Positions 26,471 through 37,800 of a stretch of DNA of 64,000 bases are shown in pieces. The notes beneath the pieces are model-generated. The model was not told the DNA's origin. It searched no databases and saw only the letters and a list, made by a program, of their open reading frames with translations. Position 1 is the first letter of the stretch, and every line of letters begins with the position of its first letter. Position numbers and translations under genes: made by a program. Origin of the DNA: Balanoglossus misakiensis (lineage: Eukaryota > Animalia > Hemichordata); assembly GCA_040954595.2 (NCBI GenBank), contig CM082578.2:18246728-18310727 (forward strand), written 5' to 3'.

Positions 26471-28153
26471 TTTGAAACGCAGGCGGCAGAGCAGAGACTG
26501 GTCCCGAGCTGACCCAGCTAGCTATGTCGATCTAATTAAAAAGTACGTGAGAATCAGACGCTTAGCATCGGACAGCAATCGCACAAGTTGCAAGACAGTA
26601 TCGTTGCTTGATCTCGATCTCAAAACACTATGTATCCGACTCCGATCCGAGCGAGCGTGTTACAACATCCCGGGTTGACATTCTCGTAGCGAATGATATT
26701 ATCCCCAGGTCGTCAACTGCTATAAGTCTAGTAGTAATACTTGTGCAGGTGACCTAATGCTCGTATGTCCAATCCACAGCGATATGTAAACATCAGGCAG
26801 TCTTTTACGAGTTTGACAAATACAAACTACTACGTACTGAACAGGTGACACTTCAGTCACCGATGAGGTTGAAAGTCCACTGCGCTGTTGTGATATATGC
26901 GCAGCATTTAAAAAAAAGTTTTCAAGAGGTTTCAGGGTAATCCCAATGTAGATGGAGGGGGAGTAAATTGAAACTGTACCCCCCCCCCACACACACACAC
27001 ACACCCGCGGGAGTTATCCCCAAAAGAAGGATTGACTTTGTCACAATTTAACGATTGTTTGGCTACCGTCTGTTTGGCTACTGTATGTGGTTTGGATCAG
27101 CTGAAAGTGGGTCAACTTAAAAATGTGGTACCGTTTTGGCTCATCTTGATTGGAGTATGGTTTTTGTTTATCAACACTGCCTAGAAAATATGAAATATTC
27201 AACTTGGTCAAGTTTTTCCATGTCTCATGGATTGAAGTTGTTAGGAGACACTGGTATTGAAGACATTCGCAGATTTATTCTTGGACAGGACACCCCAACT
27301 CAAAAGCTACCATTATACCCCAGATTTCCCATTTTCCTTCCATTAAATATTTCTGATGGTTGATTTCCTTATATTTATAGTTAATGAATGATAACTTTTT
27401 TTGCATAATCTATAATGGAGTCACGATGGAGAACTTGAGAAGGGTACATGGAAAATATTATAACAAGCAAACGTTTTTGACAGTACCTCAACTTGCCTCA
27501 GGTTGTTTTACGACATGAGACTGAAAAGTTCATTTACTGACCGTAATACCCACCCTTGCGTTTGCTAAATGCGAATGATCTGCATAAATCCATCTGGCAG
27601 TAAATATATCGAGGGTTTTTTCATTAGTACTAAACAAAGACATGGAAAGCCATACCTGAAAACTATTTCTAGCAATACATAGTATGTTTACACACTACAG
27701 TATGTACTTTTATTTTTACAATGTCAATAAATGTTTTCAATGTATTAATACTTTTTTTAATGAAGGCTTTGGCTTTGAAAAACTTAAAGACTAGGTATAT
27801 GCTTGTTGAACTTAAATATTTTTACACAGATTCACTTTGTTATATTCATTTCCATTATTTTTTTTACAGAGATCATGGTAAAGTTGTTTATCCGACTCTC
27901 CATGCTCCGGGAAGCTCAGTACTACAACGCGACCCCCGCGTTTCAATGAGCTAAACCAAGGGCAAAGGTCAACCTTCTGTGTACAGCCGTTGCCGTGCGA
28001 GACAAAATGGCGGAGCATCAGACGAAAGAAGTGAAGAGCTTCTGCTACTCTTCTGAACCAGCGTGAAGGTCACCTTTTTATTTTCTGTACACAAACCTCG
28101 CAGTGTTATTCCTTATATTATACGGATAACTTTAAATTTAATAATTTGGTAAA
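26471..28153. promoter_or_regulatory. Divergent promoter region between RASSF and FBXL13
   Basis: Start codons 1.68 kb apart, facing away; CpG-enriched near both ends; X-box-like GTTGCCGTGCGAGAC 27989-28003 directly followed by YY1-like AAAATGGCGG 28004-28013. Confidence 0.65.
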
Positions 28154-28780
28154 ATGGCGTCTCTAAAAGGTGTAAATCCGGAGATACGCAAATATCTTCG
28201 TAAACATCGTCTTCCAGATGTATTTGAGGTAAGTTAGCATTGATATTTCAACTGTCAGTTTCGTTGTCTGTTTCTACTCCATACTTTGCAAAGGTTCGAA
28301 TAAATGTCGGTATGAGTTTTGCTTAATTTTTCTGTTGTCGTGGTGCTTGTTTACTGTGGTTTTTATGTTTATCTGTGCATGGATGCACAATGTCAACTGA
28401 CTAATACGTTTAAGCCTGTGTAAACTTTCAAATACAGGGAAATATTTCGGCTGTTCAGGTCATACAAATGAATTTTTTTGTAGAAATTTTCAAAGTATCG
28501 CCAAATTTACCCAAAGAGATAACATATTTCGCGTGTTGTTTCTTGGCAATTGGAAAAATACATGTGTATGATGAAGTCAATAAGAAGATTGAGTGGCAGT
28601 GCATGAGTTTCTGTATTAAAAAAAAATCAGCTGGTGGTGGCTGGTACACTCTACATTAGTTATTTCATTGAATAAAGCAACATTCTTGCTGTAGTACATT
28701 TTCAATATGCTCAGGTTTTTATGCTATATGTACTAGAAAGAGCAGTTGCAAAATTGTAAAGTTAATCTTTGATACATGAC

Positions 28781-28847
<67 letters not shown>

Positions 28848-31800
28848 GATAAGTAACTACTCTACCCCTGTTTTTTAAAAACTGGTATATCTTGAAGTAA
28901 TAGTTAACCTTCTTACTTTTTCAGTGCATCATCACAGGACTGGCAGTAATTTGTCCAGATGACCCAATGGAGTTCATAGCAGAGAAGTTGCGTGAGTTCA
29001 TGAACCTGAGGGAAGATCCACTCCAAGGTCTTGAAGCAGTTAAATGGTAAGGGGGTTCATTGCTAGTAAAGCAAAACACTAGGTAGATCCCGGTTGCATT
29101 TAGACTTGAAGGTGTAGATCCATCACTTTGGGCATCGTCCTGTATCACTCTCCCAAACATATGTTAGTTTATTTCTTAATAAATAATAATAAGGTTGTAT
29201 TGTTGTTTGAGCTATACCTGAAACAAAAGGGGAATGGACAGTGTATATACTATTGCAAGACTTTGCAGTTGGCTATATTTTATGTTGTCCACACCTTTGT
29301 AATGATAAATGAACATTTTTTGTCTTCTCTTTCACAGGGATATGTTAATTCCAGAGGAGTTAAAACCAAAAGATAAACCAGTGTCAGCTCAGTACATTGA
29401 TAACATCTTCAATTTCGATGACGAAAACTTGCAGGTTCATGCATATATACAGCACTAGTATCTTCTTTTGTGTGTTTGTTGTTTAACCAACTATCTGTCT
29501 TTTCAGTGCTGGTCCTGTGGAAAACATTCTTTTTTTGGGTGGGTGGGGGGGGGGGGATAACTGCCTGTTGTATAGACAAGTAGACAAAACGAAAATCAAC
29601 TCATAACTAGTATTTGCTTTGCAGACATTTATTATAGTATACCCATCTATTGCTATACTTTGCTTTTGATAGATGCCAATAATACCATACACTGGTCAGT
29701 TACCAACACTGGATATGTTCAAAGCATAGAGGGGTGTAATAGTTATCAAATTATTGCAGTAGATGCAGCAGCTGATGTGACAGTCTGTCTGAAATGTGGT
29801 AGCTGTAGCATATAGCTATAGCGCTGGTAATAATTTGGCGTGCCAAAGTGATTGATTTGATCTGATGTGTCCCCCACTTGTGCTGATATAGTTCAGAACG
29901 TAGGCTCTTGGAAGTATATGTACCCTAGTTCCAATTTTCAAAAGTCTTGTGCTAATGTCATCAGTGTATTGCTATACATTTTCCTCAGTTGCAGTCCAGT
30001 GAAACTTCACTGAAACTTGAAGAATGTATAGGAGAACACTGGAACCAAGTCCATGTGACTGGTGTTTTGATATTTGGATTCAATTTCTTCTTTTCACTTG
30101 TTTGTTGTGATAGATTTGACAGTTGTCTGTTTTCCACAGGACCTAAATGCTCAAAGACAGATCAGATCGTCTTCTTACCACACTAATCATATCACTGCTG
30201 GTATATATGTATGTGTCGTGAGGTTTCGTATGCATGTTGGCATGATAGGTACATGTGTGCCTGTTTCCCAGCCATATACACTGTTGACTAGTTCGATGAA
30301 CAAGAGACACAAACCCATCACTAGACCTCAGTGTATATGATTCTGTAAGCTGTGAATTTGTTGAAGTATGCATGCTTGTGTGCTACAGACTAACCCAAGA
30401 CTTTATTTCATCATCATCATCATCTTCTATATCTGTGTGTTTTTGTTTTTGTGTGTAGTTTTTGTGTGTTTCTCTTCTCTCAACTAACGTGTGTTATTTA
30501 AAAAAAAAAATACCTACACCCACAACGTGGTTATCACAAAGATTGGTGGATTGATTTTCCTTACGATTGCTGGCGTGTGGATGTTGTACTCTGTAGTTTT
30601 GTCAGGGACATTCTGCATGAACTGAAACTTTGGTCAATTTTTCATCTCATTATTTCATATGGATGCAGTTTTGATTGCCGGGTACAGCTCTTAGCTAGAA
30701 CAGCCACAAACAAAATAATCCAGTACTACATACATCTGATTGGACACTTTAGTCAGGGTTGTGTGTGCGTTCCATCTTGCTTGCCCATAAAGTGAAAACT
30801 AAATGACATGTTTTTCTCTTGTTTGCTTTGCTATAAATGCATGTGGTTTTGCTTTCATAGACATTTGACCTCGGTATCTTCAATATAGCCAAGATATGAA
30901 CATATCGCAACTCACAGAAAATTTTCAGAAAAAGAAAAGTCACTAACCTTGCATGTTTTGTTGACATTTTACACTGCATGTCATTCATTAATCATACTTT
31001 GCATGGGTCGACCGTAGAGCGACCGCTTTCATATTATTTTTAACTGAAAAATATACTCACCATGCTTTTGTTTATTTTTTCATTTTTTCTCTGTTGGGTA
31101 CATATATGTGTATATCAACATGTAACATGTTACAATGTTCACGCATTCACTCACCTTGGTTCTGCATTTGTCGCCATCATGCCTCTCACGCACTGCAGCC
31201 ATGGGAACGGATGGTAAAGTCTACAGAATCATTTGATCTATCAAATTCTCTCTCTCTCTCTCTATTGTTCTTTCACCAGTTGATTCAAAATGGTTCTATA
31301 TACCTCAGTAAAAAAATAATTATTTCTTGATAGAATTAGAATTACTAATCTTGTACCTACATAGCATTAACACAAATGACATCCCTGTTTCTGTCACTTT
31401 TGAGATAATCCAGTATTGTTTTACTCTGCTGATTTGAGACCAATATGAACCAACTGGGGGTGGGGGGAAGGCAGGGTTAGGAGAACATACATTGTCCAAA
31501 ACATACCAATACAAAAAGCTTTACTGAGAACAATGGGGGCTTGTGAAAGAACTACCTTTCTGTTTTGAAGTGGCGTTGATTATTACTTTGCAGTGCTAGA
31601 CAATTGATAGATGCACAGTTTTTTGATGTGACGGTCATAAGGCACAGTAGAGAACTGTATGCAGGGGCTTGCTGGTAGATCAATGAATTGAACTGTACAT
31701 CTGAAATATAATGGATACTTGAAAAATCCTTAGTCAGTTTTTCTCAATTCATATTAATCTGCAAGCCACCTGAAACAGTACACAAACATACATCTAAGAA

Positions 31801-34800
31801 CATTTCAGAGTTTTGTCTTGTGAATACTGAAATCTTATGTTAGAAAGGAGTTCCTATGTACTGTGTTGTGTCAAACACGTATTTGATGTTTTATGAAAAT
31901 ATATTGTACAATTCACACTCATATCATTAATTGTTATATTTTTGTTGACCTTATCAAACTACCGGTAGTGTGTAAAGTTGTTTATTTGTAATGGATCTTT
32001 TTCATTGTGTCATTTTTGTGGTATGACTAACTGTATCATTACAATTCTTGTCCTGTGTACAGCCCACTCCAGAACAGTATGCAAAGGCTTATCAACATTA
32101 CAACAACAGACTCATAAGTATATGTTTTGGGTAAGTTGTATCTTCAAAATGGTTGTTGTGTTATTTGTCTGAAACTTCAGGAAAATTTAGAAATGATCAG
32201 TATGAAAACATTGTGCATCATTATTAGAATGAAATTTCATGTGAAAATGATGATCCACCATCCTGAGTTGTAGCAACCAGGCAGGCAGTGATACCAAGCC
32301 TTGAATTTCTGACCAATTTTTGTCTGTCTTCCTTCTTCCCAGAGCATGGGAGTGGTACCACGAACGCAAAGTCAGAAAGAGAATAGAACTGGCCAGGAAA
32401 ATGGCTGAGGCATCCAAATATCACGCACTGAGAATGCAAAGAGTACACTTGAAACAGTGGGTTGACTGGTTTACATTCAGGAAAGCACGCCAAGCATGTA
32501 AGTAGAAATAAAGATACCGGGTAGTACGTAATGCCAAATGTATGCAGAGAGATTCAGGAGAATAGAATCCGATACTATAAACTGTAACATTACCCTAAAC
32601 ATGAATATATCAATGTTCTTCATGAAAACTTTATAGAGTCTTTGAAAATTCATGGTTTGGTATAATGTTTGCCATTTATTTACAAAATGTCCCATATTGA
32701 AATGCAGTTCAAGCCATTGAAGGAAAAGTGATATGTTAATTGTTCTGTCTGTGTCTCATACAGTGGCATATTCGAAGATAGAGATGGTGTTTCACACCTC
32801 CCTGAGTCGTCTTGTATTTGAAGCTTGGCATAATGTTATGTTAGATTCCAGGAGAACAAGAGAGTACTTTGAGGTAAGTACTTCAATTCTTCCAGTCAGT
32901 GATATTGCTCTCCTTGTGTAAGAACTTTGTGTGCACATAATGTGCCACCAATCAAGCTACTGGTCCCCGTGTCTCTTAAATTGAAGGCATGTCATCAGTC
33001 AATATTCTAATAAGTAATCTCATAAATCTGATAGTTTTACACTGTGTTAGTGTTTACATATGAACTAAATTTGCCATAAAAAGCATCAACATGGTGTTTG
33101 TCCTCCATTGAGGTCTTTGGGTATGATAATGGTTTCTTCACCTTTGGCTGGAGTGACTGTGATGTGATCAACTACATTATATTCTACGGTACTCTAGGCT
33201 TCTGGCATATCAGTCAGTCAGATTGCTTTCGTTCATTCTTTGAAGAATTCCAGGGAATCAGTAGAAGTTTTAGTGAGAACTTTTGTCTGGGGGAAAAATC
33301 AGATGTTCCATTCTTCATTCTGCTCCCATTTCTGAACTTTGTCTGCTGTTATTTCTATGTTTAATCAATAGTTCAACACCACTGTGTAGCTCTCAGCCTA
33401 CAATCTTGATGGGCATTGTTACAGAGATCCTTTTTTTTCTTTCCACATTCTTAACCTTCCTGAACTGCTCTCACTGTGTTTTTTTACGGTCTGCAATATT
33501 GTCTCTCACATCACTAATAGTATTCATTCCCTTTATCATGAACATGTACTATAGCTTCTCAACTGACTATAAGTCAAATATTTCCTTGGCCAATAGTTCC
33601 AGTCAAGTTTAAAAGGGTGAATTATGCATAATTCTGCAAAGTATAGGATTTACAGAAGATGAGCTATTTTTGAACACATGATTTTAATAATGACAGGGTG
33701 TAATGAATAATTCCTTATGGTATGTACCATATAGTGAAGAACTCCATCTACAGTGTTTAAGAATCCTGAAAATTATGCAATACACTGGTCTGCATTGTTC
33801 CAGCGAGTGTAGCCAATATTACTGCTTGAGAAAGAAGATTTCACTGCAATTCTGATGTGGCTTTCAGACCACAATTTTCTTTTACAAATGAGGATTGAGC
33901 ACAATTCAACAATAACACAAACTTTACATGATAAGTACAACATTCCACAGTAAATGGACTGGTATCTTTAATTTCTCACACGTCATCACACTTCACAATT
34001 TTTCTTCTGTTTCTTTTTCATTGGCTTTTTTGTCTTAATTTCATCTTACTTTTTTTTACATTGGTGTGTCATCTTTCTGCTTTTTCTTTTCATCTGGTTA
34101 ATAGTCACAGACATTGGTAAGTTGTATAGTTTAGCTCAGCCTGATTTGACTGAGAAAATGCTGTAATTGTTTTAGCGCATGTGTTGCATATGGAGTAACA
34201 ACCATTCCTGATTGCATGCAGCTTGTTGTTTTTAAAAAAAAAACATTTGCTTGTTTGTTGATTATTGTTAGTGGTTCATTTTTATGAAACAGCTCATGCA
34301 TGTTAAGCTGTTTGACTAAATGTATTCATTTGCCTAACTTGCATGAATTGTAAATTAAATTTGTCATTTTTGAATGTGCATCATTTTTTACTTTGGCTGA
34401 CTTTATTTTGGGGGCGGTTTGCAAAGATGTGGACATACATGTAGTGATTTAGGGAGTCCCAAAACGTAGACCAAAAGTATTAGCAACTCAACCATTTCCA
34501 GTTATGATCTCTTTGTGTGTAAAGAGACCCTTCAGATGCTGAAATAATCTTGTGAAAGACCATTGTGAGTGTATACCCTTAGATGTAGATACTTTTTCAG
34601 TTTAAAGTAGAAAGGAGAATATTTTAAATGCATTTAATAGTTTGTTTCTGGTTTTCCTAAAACTTGTAAAAGATATAAAATAGAGTGATCAATGCATACA
34701 GAGTAAGTAGTAAAGATAGCAATTTAATATTAAATAATTTTGTTGTGTAAGGATTTACTTTGGATGTATTGGCAGCTAGTTTCAAACTATTGTAATATTT

Positions 34801-37800
34801 TTATTCTTGATGATTAAGATGAATATTTTTGGGCTTGCTGTATTTAAAATTCAGTTCTTACAAAACGAACATTAAAATTAGCTGTGTTATGTTTCATTTT
34901 TCAGAGACTAGAGCGAGGTGAGTTGGGTGATGATGATGATCATCTTGGACCGAGGGGAGAGGCAAGGGATGACATCTCCATGTTACCACGGAAAGCTGCT
35001 GTCAAGGTGAGAATGAGACAAATCCTGTGTACTGAGTAGACCTATAGGATGATCCCTCTGATTAGCTTGCAAAGGAAAAAGTTTCAACATGTGAGTCCCT
35101 TGCCTTCCAGTGCCTGCAGTTGAGTACCTTTGGGGTTTGTTCTGTGTGCTGCACTGCCAGGCCAAAAGGGTTTAACCCTCTTACCCCCAGTTGCATCTAT
35201 AGAGTCCAACTTTACCATAGAAAAAAATTGGTTTGGACTGAACCATGGGTAGTGAAAGGGTTAATGTAGTATGCACCTGAGGGACAGATTTTCAGAAAAA
35301 TGATAGCTCTCCAAACCTTTCAATTATTTACTATATTAGTGTCTGACCACTGAATATATTTTGTTTCAGATTTTTAGTTTTGTGGACATTTCTGACCTGG
35401 GTAGATGTGCTATGGTGTGTAGATCATGGAAAATGATTACAATGACAAGCAGTCTATGGAGTAGGGTAGGTCATCAAGTCACACTTTTCAATATCATTAA
35501 ATATTCTATTTGCAAAACATTCAAAACTTGTAAAGATAACTTTCTTGGTCAAATGGTCAAAAATGATATGCATATTCAGTTTGATCTGATATAGTATGAT
35601 TCAACTGACAAGATCAAGTATTCCATTTGGGGTTTCTGTATGAAATACATATAAAACACCTGATGGGCCACTCGATGGGCATGTGTTGTCAGAATTTATT
35701 TTTGGCAGATGATTCTCAGATGAAAATCAAAAGCCTATATCCTAGGCTATAACATATCTCAAACCAAATTTCTTCATCTTGCAAATTAACATTTCTGTTT
35801 CTTTTCTCAGCTGGATCTTCACATAGTCAGAAACAAGTGAGTATATGCTTTCTGTGTTTAAAAAAATATCATTTGCTGTTTTCCCCCAGAGTTGTGATAA
35901 CAAACAAATCATTGTAGCTTTCCATCAGATCAAATACCCCAGTACTGTGGAGTCACTCTGTGCAATTTCACATAAAAAACACTATCAGGCATAATTTTCT
36001 AATCCTAGTAGTTAAACTTTACCCCTGGTACTCACAAAACTGTGAAGACCATAGAATTCAATGTCTAACTTTCTAAATGAGTATTCCAAATTTTACAATT
36101 CCTAATTTTCCGTCATTTCAAGTTCATGAATATGTAATGTAAGAAAACAACAGTATACAGTAGTATTGTTCAAAATGACAGACTGACATAACAATTTACT
36201 CAGCAACTCAGTATGGACTCCTGCAAATTGATACAATATGCATGAGGGTTCTTGGAGAAAACTTGTTTTCTGTTGCATAAGAAACCTATGCAAACTGTGA
36301 GGTTTTTCAAAAGACTACTGCAGAGTTACAGTCAATTTTTTGAAGACCATTTTATTATTGTTTTGCTTTGTTTTATTTCCTTTGTGTTGTTCTTTGTAAG
36401 GGTGTACAATGTCGCACATTTGTTGTACATGAAGTGAGTATTCTATAAAAAAAAATGCTTCCCTGTGGGGAAGGCAAGTACAACAAAGTAAACATAGACA
36501 TAAACTGGACAAATGAGAGATTGCAGTACAAGGATTTGAGGTCAATTTGCATTCATGGTGAATTGCACATGTACGGGTACAGATAAAGTTCTCATCAAGG
36601 GATGGTGAATCATATAAAGTATGCAAGTTGATGCTTTGAGCATACTTTTCAGTTGTGTAATGGAGTAACTGTTGTATTAAATTGTGAAGTGATATGTTAA
36701 TTGGCATGGAGACATGATTGGGTTTAAAGTATTCATTGATCTCAAAAAGAAAGTCATATTTATGTAAGAATGAAAAATATTGAGTTCTTTCATTGCATGA
36801 GCACATATAAAAACATTTGGATGAAACCAGTCAGTCCTGGTTTTTGGAAAGTGGTTCCAAAAGTTCTGTATGTAAATAATGGTAGCAGGAGTTGGAGGGA
36901 GTAAGGCTGTATTGTCACAAACTTTTCTGGTCGAGCCACTCTTCACAGAATGTTGAAAATTCTGCGACATATACAGCTTTACTGTCGCCAAATTGACTGC
37001 ATCATCCATGGTTGGACATAGGGGCTGTGGACATTCTGTTTATCTTAGTCACATCAAAACGCAGTGGTTGGTGTAATTTTAAATATCATGGATTTGATAT
37101 GCTGAGATGATTAGAACCAGCAAATTTAAATGAGTCTATATGTTGCAATGTTGCAAGAGCGGCAAGCTTTAAATAGAAATTATAATTATATGATAAAAGG
37201 CGGCTAAATTTTAAAAGAATCACACACGTACGTAACAAGGTATTGTAGGTGCTTCAGCATCATCACGAATGGATGCAAACATTAATGTGTGCTGCATGGT
37301 TTTTTGAATCATTAATTATCTAATTTTATTAATGGTGGTGATTGTGTGCTGGTGTTTTATTTGGGGGGAAGGGGATCTTTTTATGCATTGTCACTAATCA
37401 AATTATTTGATTTTTTTTTCTTTTTCCCCAATGTGTACACTGTTTTGTTGATTGCATGCTGCATGGTATTTAGGTTAAAGGATGGGTAAATATGCACTAC
37501 GTTGTCCTTGTCTGGTTATCTCAACACTTTCCCATCAGAGATTTTCCCTCAACTCCCAAAGGAGAATATATTCTTTTTACCTTTCGTTGCACATCTCAGG
37601 ATGTTACTGAGCGAGCCTTTTCTCCTCGGTAGCATAGAGACATATTTCTCACGATGAAGTGGACTGCATTGCCTGCACCGCAGTTTGACCCCATCATTGA
37701 GTGATGAGGTTGATGTGCGTGATCAGGTCAACGGGGGCTGAATCAGTTCAAAATGGTGTGAAAAAGACCAAACAGGTTTATGCAAAACAAAAACAAACTG

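Noticed and set aside
26307-26678. 123-aa plus-strand ORF over RASSF exon 1
   Set aside because: Antisense shadow of a GC-rich exon and 5'UTR; non-ATG start.
28007-28153. Readthrough or selenocysteine N-terminal extension of FBXL13 through TGA 28064-28066
   Set aside because: A second in-frame stop (TAA) follows before the main ATG.
37701-37741. C/D-box snoRNA-like GTGATGA...CTGA
   Set aside because: Only ~40 nt between boxes, no terminal stem, no recognisable rRNA guide.
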